Of a stretch of DNA of 64,000 nucleotides, positions 49,847-62,768 are shown piece after piece. The stretch spans positions 186,001 to 250,000 of the forward strand of contig CM075995.1 in the NCBI GenBank assembly GCA_038087875.1, read 5' to 3'. Position 1 is the first letter of the stretch, and the number at the start of each line of letters is the position of its first letter. The translations under genes and the position numbers were made by a program. Origin of the DNA: Malacoraja senta. Its lineage: Eukaryota. The notes under the pieces are model-generated. The model saw nothing but the letters and a program-made list of their open reading frames with translations. It had not been told where the DNA came from and ran no database searches.

Positions 49847-49951
49847 CTATCCTCTATATCACAGAGTAATATAAACAAAAACTGTACATGGTATAAAATG
49901 CTCAAACAAGAGGCCTATACAGTAATGTGTAATAAGTGCAAATGGTGCTGT

Positions 49952-50235
49952 TCAGTTAGTCCAGGATTTTCTGTTGTTCTGCTTCTTGGAGGATGCAGTG
50001 ACTCCTGATTTGTGAAGTGCTGTTGCTTCAGGTTTGCTGGATGGGGTCACCTGCGACCTCCCGAGATTGACACTTCTGCGCTTCTCATGACCCGCGGACG
50101 CCGGCCCTTCAGCGAGGTTGCCGTGCCGTGTTACAGTGAGGGGGACCTGAAGAAGCCGGTTCGGGCGAACAAAAACACCGCAACTTGGATCGCAGCGGAA
50201 GTATTCCTTTCCGTGAATGCTGCCTTGATGTTTCC
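49952..50235 (-). CDS. KIF13A: KIF13A last coding exon (GKHQGSIHGKEYFRCDPSCGVFVRP...NNRKSWTN*)
   Basis: cacgcag|GG AAA CAT; the phase-1 junction completes the CAP-Gly domain. TGA at 49954-49952. Confidence 0.92.
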
Positions 50236-52735
50236 CTGCGTGAGTTACAAGCGAGGAGACAAAAGTAAGTAAGTAAGTAAGTTTATTGGCCAAGTATTCA
50301 CATACAAGGAATTTGCCTTGGTGCTCCGCCCACAAGTAACAACATGACATACAGTGACAGTTACGAATGACTCAGAAAACACTAAACATTAATAATAATA
50401 ATACATTAATGATAAAACACCATTGATCAAGCACGTGAACCAACAAAATACCAGATCAAAGGGAGGCTACAGATTTTTGGCTGTTGAGTAGAGCAACTAC
50501 TCGAGGATAAAAACTGTTTTTATGTCAGGCTGTGGCAGCTTTGACAGTCCGGGGTCGCCTTCCAGAGGGAAGTGATTCAAAGAGTTTGTGGCCAGGGTGA
50601 GAGGGGTCAGAGATGATCTTGCCCGCTCGCTTCCTGGCCCTTGCAGTGTACAGTTCATCAATGGAGGGGAAGGTTGCAGCCAATAATCTTCTCTGCTGAT
50701 CGGACGATTCGCTGCAGCCGGCAGGTGTCGTGCTTGGTGGCTGAGCCAAACCAGACCATGATGGAGAAGGTGAGAACAGACTCTACGATGGCCGTGTAGA
50801 ATTGGACCATCACTGAAAGCAGCACTGAAACGTAGTTTTCCCCGAAAGATTCACAGTAACCAACAAAAACTGGATGCTTTCAAGAGAGAGTTAGATTTAG
50901 CTCTTAGGGCTAAAGGAATCAAGGGATATGGGGAGAAAGCAGGAACGGGGGTACTGATCTTAGATGATCAGCCATGATCATATTGAATGGCGGTGCTGGC
51001 TCGATGTTTCCATGTGTCTAAGGGCAGCACAAAGGCGCAGCTGGTTGAGCTGTTGTCTCTCACAGCACCAGACACCCAGGTTCGATCCCGACCTCAGGTG
51101 CCGTCTGTGTGGGTCTTGCACGTTCTCCCTGTGACCGTGTGGGTTTACTCCCACATCCCAAAGCCTTGCAGATTTGTGGGCTAATCGGCCTCTGTATATT
51201 GCCCCTAATGTGAGGGTAGTGGATGCCAATGTGGGATAACAAGGAACTAGTGTAAACAGGTGATCGAAGGTTGGCGTGGACTTGGTGGGCCGAGGGCCTG
51301 TTTCCACGCTGTGACTAAACTAACCAAAAACAAAACATGAGAACACCACATTTAAGAAAGTGTAAATCTACATAAATAGACTTTACACTATCTAGCTTTG
51401 GAAAAAAATCGATTGCCTGAAAAAAATGGATCGGGTAAATGCAGAGTCTTTTGCCCAATGTAGGGGAATCAAGAACAAGAGGACATAGGTTTAAGGTAAG
51501 GGAGCAAAGGTATAATATGAACCTGAGGGGTAACATTTTTACATAAATGGTGGTGGATATATGAACGAGCTGCCAATGGAGGTAGTTGAGGCAGGTACTA
51601 TTGTTACATTTAAGAAACATTTGGACAGGTACATGCAGTGAACAGGTTTAGAGGGTTATGGGTCAAACGCAGGCAGGTGGGACCAGTGTAGATGGGGCAT
51701 GTTTGCTGGGCTAGTTGGGCCGAAGGGCTTGTTTCCACGCTGTATGACTCTGACTCCGTGTACTAGATTACGATTCCTAATTGTTGATTACGTAACTATT
51801 ATTCTAAGGATTAATCGAATTGCCCAACAAACTGAATTAAATAGTCGGTGTTCTTGAAGTGCACGATTGCTGAAGGGTTAGAAGATGTAAAGGAACAATG
51901 AATATTAACAGTGGAAGACAGTACAAAGGATCTGGCAAAATGCCTGTCTTGGCTCAGTTGTCATTGCAGGAACTGGGGGCCATTCAGTACTTGGTCAGTT
52001 TTCTCATTTGATTCTTGGCAGGAAAGATACTGTCATGCTTGAAAGAGTTCAGAGAAGATTTACGAGGATGTTGCCAGGACTAGAGGGCCTGAGCTATAGG
52101 AAGAGGTTGAGTAGGCTGGGTCTCTATTCCTTGGAGCGCAGGAGGATGAGGGGTGATCTTATAGAGGTGTCTAAAATCATGAGAGGAATAGATCGGGTAG
52201 ATGCACAGTCTCTTGCCCAGAGTAGGGGAATCAAGGTCCAGAGGACATAGGTTCAAGGTGAAGGGGAAAGATTTCATAGAAACATAGAAAATAGGTGCAG
52301 CAGGAGGCCATTTCGAGCCAGCACCGCCATTCATTGTGATCATGGCTGATCGTCCCCAATCAATAACCCGTGCCTGCCTTCTCCCCATATCCCTTGATTC
52401 CACTAGCCCATAGGAATCTGAGGGGTAACTTTTTGACACAAAGGGTGGTGGGTGTATGGAACAAGCTGCCAGAGGAGGTAGTTGAGGCTGGGACTATCCC
52501 AATGTTTAAGAAAAAGTTAGACAGGTACATGGATAGGACAGGTTTGGAGGGATATGGACCAAGCTCAGGCAGGTGGGACTAGTGTAGCTGGGACATGTTG
52601 GCTGGTGTGGGCAAGTTGGGCCGAAGGGCCTGTTTCCACACTGTATCACTCTAGGACTCTATGATTCAATCACAATTGATTAACATGATCACGTATCACA
52701 TTTTGTAAAAGCAACGGGGACACGTTACTACTCAC

Positions 52736-53897
52736 CAGCTGGAGTATCAAGCTCAACCCCAACCCAGAGTCCGGCAGAGAAATCCACTGCACCAACATAT
52801 CGAATGGTTCCATTCTTGTTGTTGCCAACGCATGCACGTGCATCCAGCGTGATCCAGCTTGGCAGAGGGCCGCATTGCTCCGCAGAATTACTATCCTCAG
52901 CGTCCAATAAATCGGAAAGGTTCCTCATGCCGGAGTTGTCTGGGCTGGTGGAGTTATCGGAGGCTTCTTCATGATCAGCTTCTCCACAAAACACTGGGTT
53001 CTCCATGGCGTTTGCTAACCTATTATCAAGGACTGTCGTCTGCGCTTGCTCGCGGCCAATGCCGCACGAGTCGTCGGGAAGCTCGGAAACGTCATTCGTA
53101 CATTTCTCCTCAGGACTTTGCCACTTTTCGTCCAATTCTAGGCTGTCCACGGAAAGTCTGTTCGAGTCATCAGAGGACCCTGTGCTGTACACCATGGGTT
53201 CATCTGGTAGCTCAAGATCCTTCCTTGTGTCCTCAACACCCTGAAAATCTGTGAAATCCTGGCTGCTGAAAATGTCTACATTCATTATGGAATTGAAAAC
53301 ATCAGGTCCCCCCTCTTCCACTCTGCTTTCCCGTGGGCTTATTGTGTACATGCAAGACGAGGAATCTGATGCATTTGTCTCTGGGAGGGTTCTATAAACT
53401 AGGATAGATTTAGACTCAATGAACTGCTGCAATACTGAGGTATCTTTCAATAAGGCACAATTTTTCGGGAGGGATGTGCTCTTTTGCATTTCATTTAAAT
53501 TTCCATTCTGTTCCCGATCTCTGTTTTCCTTCTCAGAAGATAACTTTAAATCAGATACACTGGTCTGCAGCTCAGAGTCTCGCGACTGATTACTGTCCGT
53601 GTTCTCTGTACCAGCGAATGCCACATCAGAGAGCGTTGCGTTGGAAGCACTATGGGAGAAGTACCCACTGGTCATACTGCTGGTAGTTGGACTCCGGGAG
53701 ACTTCATTGTCGAGGAATCGAGAACTGAGGAATTCTGGCTTCGAAGAGAACAAATCCCTGTTTTCAAGGCTTGCATTATATACATCGAAGTCCGCAAAAT
53801 CTTCAGGAATGTATGGTTGGAAGCCATGACAGTGTTGAGAATCACTTGTTTTCTTGCTGAGGTTCCCCACTTCGTAATCCTCCTCCTCCTCAGAGTC
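52736..53897 (-). CDS. KIF13A: KIF13A penultimate coding exon (tail region and first half of CAP-Gly)
   Basis: atatag|GAC TCT GAG GAG...GCT G|gtgagt, 1162 nt open. Contains the KIF13A-type YNASLENR..EVSRSPTTSSMTSGYFSHSASNATLSD and GTIRYVGAVDFSAGLWVGVELD. Confidence 0.92.
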
Positions 53898-54169
53898 CTA
53901 TATAGCAAGAATATTTGCAGAATGATCATATTTCTGCACTTTACCACAAAGTCAGAAAATGTGTGTCATATTTAGGTGAGGAAGCATGGTGGATCAGAAG
54001 GGACACTTGATTTCTGGTTGGATCATTGAGTTACAAAATGTCTCCAATTAAAAGCTGTAATCTTGCTTACAATGCAGTAAGTACTGCTTATACTTTCTTT
54101 GTTTAAAAGTTTGCTGAAGTGTCCTGATCACTCTACGCCTGCTATGCAAGCCAAATATGATGGACCTAA

Positions 54170-54484
54170 AGGGCCTGTCCCACTGTACGAGGTAATTCAG
54201 GAGTTCTCCCGAGTTCTCCCCTGTTTGGAGCTCGTGTAATGTACGTAGGGGCTCGTACGAGTAAAAAGCAACTATTTTTTTCATCACAAGTATTTTTTTA
54301 CTCGTGGACATTTTTCACAGTGTTGAAAAAACGTCACGAGTTTACCGGATTTCCCGAGTACCTACCGTTACTCGTACGAGCCGCTACGTGACTTCCACGA
54401 GCTCCTACGGACCCGCTACGTACATTACACGAGCTCGAATCAGGGGAGAACTCTTGAATTACCTCGTACAGTGGGACAGGCCCT
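54170..54484. mobile_element. PIF/Harbinger-type MITE
   Basis: TIRs AGGGCCTGTCCCACTGTACGAGGTAATTCA / TGAATTACCTCGTACAGTGGGACAGGCCCT, TSD TAA. Confidence 0.82.
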
Positions 54485-57400
54485 TAAGTGATAAACCGAC
54501 AACTCATGAATGTGATTATGAGTTGAAAAATGGATGCACAAGGTCAAAAGTGCAAATTATGTTATGCAATTTATTAAATACCAAAGAACATTCAGTTGTT
54601 TAAATTGCATAATATAATGCACTGAACTCTATTAAATACCAAAGAATATTTAGTTGCAGAGAGTACAATTTTAGGACATAGCAAAGACTTTATTCCTAAT
54701 TGAGATTCCTACAACACAAATATTCATTAATAAGGAAGGTTTTGGTTGCATGTACCACACGGTTGTAACGACTGAACTGATTTCAAGTGCTTTTCTGACA
54801 CATGCTTCGTCACCTTAAAGTGTGAAAGGTAAATAATTCATCAAGTTTAATATTAGATAATGGTGGCACCATTTCCCCCCGACGTAAATTGAATTGATAT
54901 CACCTGCAGCAGTGAATGGTAGGATCTCAACTTCTTTCAAGTTTTACTTTTAGACTTTGGAGACGAAGCCCCGAAAACACCACCAAGTCCGCGCCGACCA
55001 TCCGATAACCCCGTACACTAACCTACTCACACTGGGGACAATTTACAAAGTTACCAAAGCCAATTAACCTACAAACCTGTACGTCTTTGGAAAGTGGGAG
55101 GAAACCTGAGCACCCGGAGGAAAAACCACGCGGTCACAGGGAGAACGTGCAAACACCATTTAGACAGCACTCGCAAATTATTTTGCTAATGCTATTTTTC
55201 ATAAAGGCAAGACTTGGATGGGGTGGGAAAAAGAGAGGAGGTTTGTTTGTAAATGATTTAGGATGGCTTTAGGACATCACAAGCATTCATAAAAAGGCAG
55301 AACAGTGCTTTTGAGAAATTATAGAAGCCATTGTTTTTGAGGAAAATACAGAAGAAAATAGGAAATAAGACTTCTTTTGGTGATGTGGATTGAGGAAGAA
55401 GTATTGATCACGAATATATAGAATTATATACAGGTATCTACCCAAAAGGAATGATGAAACATTACAGGAAGATGGCTGAAGATCTCTCTCCACCTCCTCT
55501 GTGTTCTCTTTTATCAAAGCATGAAGCAAAATAAAGGAACAATAATAAGAGACAAATGATGGTTGGACTCTTTCACACATGGTGTTAAAATGAAAGGACT
55601 TTGTAAAATGAAGGTCAACACGTCCCCTGTGTAACTTCTTCAATATGTTGCCAAGTCATTACATATTTGGTGTAGATATATATATTGCAGATGGACTCAG
55701 TGTTCTGTACATTTTGTACTGATCGGGGGCGATTGTGCTCATGTACTGGGATAGTCCTGCTGAGCTGCATGCAAGAAAAATGTATTTCACTTAACCTGCT
55801 GCATGCACAATATAGAAACCATTGAACCACCATTGATAGATGCTGTGGAAAAGGGTGAGAGTGGTGATTCTTGGCCATTGCCTATCAATGTTCTAGCAGT
55901 CAAAATGTGACAAATTAATTTTCAGCATCATCGTTGCAAACATCAACGGGCACGGTGCCTTCCAACGCTGTGTACGACAGTGATCACAACTTCTACTGAA
56001 GTGTGGGTGGCCGTTGGCTCGCTAGGAGCTCATCCGCCCTTTGACAGGTCTTGTTTTTGGTCCTGCTGGGGGTCCACAGCCGCCTTCTCACCTGGCAAAC
56101 CAGGTGGGGGAGACGGTTTAGTCACCGACTATCCGGCCATGGAGCAGGTAGCACGGGATTACACGGGGGGGGGGGGGGGGGGTAAGCTGACAAAAAAAAA
56201 ATAATTTTGGAGTCTTCCCTATTAAGTAATCGAGTAGTTAATCTGAAAGTAATTACTAATCGTTATCTAAAGAGTGGTATATCAATATCTTTAAATTGAC
56301 TTCCATATTTCCTCCCCCAACAGATTAAATATAACAGGTGCCATGACATATCGATATTAAATCTTGATGAATTACTTCCACCATGATATTAGAATAGTGC
56401 ATTGATGTGATTAAAATAAATTCAGAGATGAGACCTTTTTAATAATGTAGAATACTAATCATACACCGAATGATACTGGAATCAGAGCTAAGCAAGCTGA
56501 GAAAAAGCCAAAGGCAATTAACTTTCTTATTATTATTAATCCTCCATATGTAAATATTTGTTCTTTGTATAGAACGAAAATTAAAAACCTACCCACGTAG
56601 TTTTGTCAAAATAAGAAGAGCTATATAAAAAAGGACATTTATTTTCTCAATGATGATTTCTGGATTAAAGAAATCAATAATTTAAACCTTGGCTTTTTAA
56701 TAAAAATTCAAGTTATCAGTATTGGGAAGGTAATATTCTTGTGAGCATATGTTTAGTTTAGAGAAAGCGTGGAAACAGGCCATGATTAGATCAGCCAGGA
56801 TTGAATGGCAGAGTAGTCTTGATGGGCCGAATGGCTTAATTCTGCTCCGATCACTTATGAACATGAACTTATGAGGTCCTTCTGCCCAACAAGTTGGCAC
56901 AGACCAACAATCCCTGTACACTAGTTCTATCATACACAATGGGGACAATGTACAGAAGCCAATTAACCTACAAACCTGCACGTCTTTGTAATGTGGGAGG
57001 AAACCACAGCACCCGGAGAAAACCCACGTGGTCACAGGGAGAATGTACAAACTCCGTACAGACAGCACCCATAGTCAGATTTGAGCCCTGGTCTCTGCCA
57101 CTGTAAGGCAGCAACTCTACCATTGCACCTATTTGTCACTCAATTGTTAGTGATAAAGAGATAAAAGTGTGGTCACATTATTGGTACCTTTTGATGTGGA
57201 AGAGGACATGAAAAAAACCCAACTGTGAATACATTGCAAATATCTGCAAATGCAACAGCATGAATCAAACAATTTTCTGGAGTCTATTCTCATCTGCACC
57301 AAAATCATGAAAAAAAGTTTCCACTGAGTTTCTAGGTGAATTAAAAATAAGATTTATTGAGGATGTTTGGGTGATTTCATCATTCAACTGATCAGTGGAA

Positions 57401-60400
57401 ATATTCCATTCATGTGATTTGGCAAGAATATATTATATCTCACACTGATCCTTTCGGAACACCATCAGTCACAGGCCTCCGGAGAGAATAACACTCCTCT
57501 AGCCCAATGCTCTCTCTTTGTGGCAGAATCATTTGCTTGCCAAATCGGCTGCCACTCTACCGATGTGCCAAATCAAATGGTGGCACAGTGGCACATCGGT
57601 AGAGTGGCAGCCTTACTGCACCAAAGACCCGAGTTCGATCCTGACTACGGGCGTTGTCTGAGCGGAGTTTGTACGTTCTCCCCGTGGATTTTATATATAT
57701 AGAAAATATATGTGAAATGTGAAAACAGATATGACAGCAACTTTTAAGAGGCATTAAGAGAAGCACGTGACCAGGCAGGGAATGGATGTAGACCATGTGC
57801 AGGCAGATAGATTTAGTTTAATTTGCCATCATGGTTGGCACAGACTGCGAGAGCAAGCTTGAACTATTATCTACCTCATTGGAGACCCATAGACTATCTT
57901 TGATCGGACTTTACTGGTTTTATCTTTTCCCTTTATCATGTATCTGTACACTGTAATGGCTCGATTGTAATCATGTTTAAGAAAGAACTGCAGATGCTGG
58001 AAAAATCGAAGGTAGACAAAAATGCTGGAGGAACTCAGCGGGTGAGGCAGCATCTATGGAGAGAAGAAATAGGCGACGTTTTGGGGCGAGATTATATGTA
58101 ATCATGTATTGTCATGTAATCATGCATTGTCTCTATGGAGAGTCGGTATGTCAAAGAGGACTCTCTCGAACTTCTACAGGTGCACAGCAGGGAGCATGCT
58201 GACTGGTTGCATCGTGGCCTGGTTCGGCAACGTGAGCGTCCAGGAGTGGAAAAGGATGCAGAAAGTTGTAACCATGCCCAGTCCATCATCGGCTCGGACC
58301 TCCCCACCATCGAAGGGATCTATCGCAGTCGCTGCCTCAAAAAGGCTGCCAACATCATCAAGGACCCACACCGCCCTGGCCACACACTCATCTCTCCGCT
58401 ACCATCGGGAAGAAGGTACAGGAGCCTGAAATCTGTTACATCCAGGTTCAGGAACAGCTTCTTTCCCACAGCCATCAGGCTATTAAACTCGCCAACAAAC
58501 ACTCTGAACTGTAACAGCCTCTTGCACTTTATCTGCTTATTTATGTGTATATTGAACTGAACTGTTCTGTATTTTTGTTTACAATACTCTGTTGTGCTGC
58601 AGCAAGCAAGAATTTCATTGTCCTATCTGGGACACATGACAATAAACCTCTCTTGGCTCTTGACTCTTTCCGCTAACTGTTTAGCACTCAACAAAAGTCT
58701 GTAGTTTCTTCTGCAGTTGTATACGGCTCTGGTAAGAACACATCTGGAGTATTGTGTACAGTTTTAGTCTCCTAATTTGAGGAAGGACATCCTTGTGATT
58801 GAGGCAGTGCAGCGTAGGTTCACGAGATTGATCCCTGGGATGGCGGGACTGTCATATGAGGAAAGATTGAAAAGACTAGGCTTGTATTCACTGGAGTTTA
58901 GAATGATGAGGGGGAATCTTATAGAAACATATAAAATTATAAACGGACTGGACAAGCTAGATGCAGGAAAAATGTTCCCAATGTTGGGCGAGTCCAGAAC
59001 CAGGGGCCACAGTCTTAGAATAAAGGGGAGGCCATTTAAGACTGAGGTGAGAAAAAATGTTTTCACCCAGAGAGTTGTGAATTTGTGGAACTCCCTGCCA
59101 CAGAGGGCAGTGGAGGTCAAATCACTGGATGGATTTAACAGTGAGTTAGATAGAGCTCTAGGGGCTAGTGGAATCAAGGGATACGGGGAGATGGATGGCA
59201 CGGGTTATTGATTTGGGACGATCAGCCATGATCACAATGAATGGCGGTGCTGGCTCAAAGGGCCGAAAGGCCTCCTCCTGCACCTATTTTTCTATGTTTT
59301 CTAAAAGCTTTCCACTGTACCTCGGTACACGTGACAATAAACTAAACATCAGGAGCTGCGGAGCCTGTTTGTGTTTTGTACAGTTCGATATTTGACAACT
59401 ATGATTTGTGCACTTGAGCTGTAAAACATGATTGCTGTTAGTCAAACAAAACTCAGATTCTGTGACATTCAGTGCAGAAACTGCACAGCCCAAAAGTTCA
59501 CCCTTAATATCTACAATTTGGATTATAAAAAAAAAAAAATAAGCCTTTACTTTCCACCAAGGTTTAAGCAAGAAATTGTCTGACTTTGTCTCAGCTGCAG
59601 CACTTTAAAATCAACAAATCATGCCAGGAGATTTTTAATCATTTAGATATCTTTTTGTAATTAAAGTCAATTTTCATTTCAACAGTTGCAGATTAACAAA
59701 TACTTTTTTAAAATCCAGAGAGATTTCCATAATTCAAAAGACTATTCTGGGAAGAGAAAATGTTGCGTGTTAGAAGGGAAATATACCTCCAGGAAATAAA
59801 AACACTAGTGGGAGGCAACTAATCAATTTTCATTGGTGTCAACAACTAGTCCCTAGAAACAGATGAAATAAGTCATATTTATAAAATTAACATCAAATAT
59901 TCACTGCTTATTTCATAATAACTTAAGGGTGGGTACATGGTAAAACATCTGGAAATCACTTATCTAAATAGGAATTCAGACTGCAACAGAGTAAAACTTA
60001 CACCTTTTCGATTCAAACGGAAGATGTGTTTGCCAATTTAAATGGCAGGAAGGATGGCTGTCACCTATCGGCACTGAATCATGTGCAGTGGATACGTACA
60101 AAATGTTAACAATGAATGCAGAACATAAATTAGAAAGCCAGCATAATGTTAACCAAATCGGATCAAACAAAGCCCACAGGTTAGAAGAGGGATTGTGAAA
60201 ATGTGTGTGCTCTTTAGACTGCAGCCTGAATCCTATGTGTTCCTGTTGCTTTCACAAGCTCACATGCTGGAGGTAGTGCAGTTATGGTGCTCCTCAGAAT
60301 CTGAAGTCTAGGCTACGAAGAAGTAATTAATATCTTGAAATTCTACAAAATGTAGATGCCATTGTTGATGTCATTAGCGATATACTTGAGGAAAAGGAAA

Positions 60401-60614
60401 AAGTAGTTCCAAATAGTACTGTAATTTAATTTGTAGAGGTAAGGCAGCAGAAACCAGTTCAAATTAATTAAAGGCAAATTTAAGAGAAGCATCGGAAAAT
60501 GTATCTTCACAAATAATGATCAACTCCTGAAATAGAATTATAATTATGTTGGTGATAAATTTATAACTGTTACCAACAGAATTGGATTTTTGTAGAACAT
60601 ATTAAGAACAGCAA

Positions 60615-60810
60615 GATAGACACAAAAAGCTGGAGTAACTTAGAGGGTCAGACAGCATCTCTGGCGAAAAGGAATAGGTGACGTTTCAGGACTCCACCCC
60701 GAAACGTCACCTATTCCTTTTCTCCAGAGATGCTGTCTGACCCGCTGAGTTACTCCAGCTTTTAGTGTCTATCTTCAGTTTAAACCAGCATCTGCGGTTC
60801 CTTCTTACAC
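60615..60810. repeat. Palindromic Penelope-type dispersed repeat (many partial copies, e.g. 621, 3545, 11270, 14130, 20050, 21330, 24600, 28400, 39060, 42160, 57980, 62380)
   Basis: Inverted arms of about 75 bp, aagatagacacaaaa.gctggagtaact...gtgacgtttc / gaaacgtcac...tgtctatctt. Flanked by the 14-bp direct repeat attaagaacagcaa. Penelope assignment is inference. Confidence 0.65.
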
Positions 60811-62654
60811 ATTAAGAACAGCAAAATGTGTTTCGCACCTATAATTAGTAATCTTTACAAATTTTCCCAAGACGGCCCGGTGGACGGTGACATCGGGAGC
60901 TCGCGGGTCCCTGGTGGGAGACCGCCTTTCGGAGCTCCCGCAACGGCAACTTCTCCCGCCCGAGTTGCGGGGTTGAAGATGACCTGGAGCGGGGCCTTAC
61001 ATCGTCCGGCGCGGCTTTAAATTGCCGCGGGACTTGCTAGCGCCCGCCGGGGGCTCCAACATCAAGACCCGGAGCGCGGCCTTGCATCGCCCGGCGTGGC
61101 TTTAATGGCCGCGGGACATATTTACCACCGCCCGCCGGGGGCTTTGACTTTGACATCGGGAGGAGAATGAGGAGTGCAGGGGAGAGATAAGACTTTGCCT
61201 TCCATCACAGCGAGGAGGAGATTCACTGTGATGGATGTTTGTGTAAATTGTGTTGTGTCTTGGTTCTTTTTACTTGTTTGTATGACTGCAGAAACAGAAT
61301 TTCGTTTGAACTTAGGTTCAAATGACAACAAATAAATTGTATCATTGTATCATATTTCATCCATTGAGATAGCAGGCAAACTAACTATTAATACAACTGC
61401 ATCTGAGGAGGATGTTGAAAGAGTAGCGTGTTCTTGAACATAAATGAATGAATACTTTATTGTCACATGTGACAAGTCACAGTGAAATTCTTTGCTTGGT
61501 TTGCATACCTAAGGTATGCAAAGAGTCGCCACATAAATTACACTGACATAGTTAAAATTTAGCCTGAATAGAACATTTATTTCTGAATTTGTGAAATTAA
61601 TTAAACAAAGTATTGGGGATTGAAAAAATATACACCTTTTTATAATTAGAACAGTCCAAAAGAACCTGAAACAAAACAAGCTAAGTTCTTTTACTTTCTC
61701 AGAAAACAATACAAGGGCATCCATCCGTGAGCTGCCAGAGGGAGATTCATAATATAGCATCTAGCGGAGCTTTTGAAGTGGAGTAAAAATGTACGGCACA
61801 AACCATTGTTAAGGTAATGCACACGTTGGCAAGTTCCCTATTGGTCTTGTTAAGGAAAAGATATTCATTATAGCTTTTGAATGGCAATTTTCCATTATTT
61901 AGTTTCTTCCCAATTAGTTTGAAATTTATAGACATAATAAGTTCAGAAATTCTAGGATTAGAATTTGGCAATTCAGCCCATCAAGTGTACTCCGCCATTC
62001 AATGATAGCTGATGTCTCAACCCCCATTCTCCTGTCTTCTCCCCAAAATATCTGCCACCCTTGTCACTGATATCTGCCAGCCATGTCAATAATATTTCAA
62101 ATTTATGTAATTTTATTTAAATAACAAACTTATTCAACCAAATGTATTTATGCTTTAAATCACATTCGTATGGAACATGAGATCAGATTCTAGATCTAAA
62201 TCACAGTGGAATAAGGCATGATTTTCACATCGTAGAATGCAATTTACGATTGTGTCTTAAGTAGTCCTCATTTCAAAACTGTGTTGTGTTTTTTTCCTGG
62301 AAAAACATTGAAATCCTAAACTTGTCTGCAGAAGAGAAAGAAAGTTATGGCTGCATTTGCAAATGTTTCAACCATAAATCGAAGACAGACACAAAATGCT
62401 GGAGTAACGCAGCGGGACAGGCAGCATCTCTGGAGAGAAGGAATGGGTGACGTTTCGGAAGGGTCCCGACCCGATTCCTTCTCTCCAGAGATGCCGCCTG
62501 TCCCGCTGAGCCACTCCAGCATTTTGTGTCTATCTTCGAGTTTAAACCAGCATCTGCAGTTCTTCGGTACACATTGTTTCAACCATAATGCTAGTGAAAG
62601 GACCTTAATCCCACCACCAAGTATTATGAGGGTAAAAAAAAAGGCGAAACTTAC

Positions 62655-62768
62655 GAACGTGTCCTCATTTTCGTTACTGTTTTCTACTGACATGCTGTTG
62701 GCAGGGCTTCCTGTGGGCACCACACTGTGTACCAGCAGCATGTTTTTATCCTGAGGGGGAGACATGCT
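62655..62768 (-). CDS. KIF13A: KIF13A internal coding exon (SMSPPQDKNMLLVHSVVPTGSPANSMSVENSNENEDTF)
   Basis: ttgcag|AGC...TTC|gtaagt, 114 nt, phase 0-0. Resembles human KIF13A SMPPPQ...IVPSGS..SMPVE, which precedes DSEEE. Confidence 0.8.

Noticed and set aside
49952..53897. Calling the kinesin KIF13B because of its CAP-Gly domain
   Set aside because: Tail motifs and the NHLRC1/TPMT neighbourhood match KIF13A.
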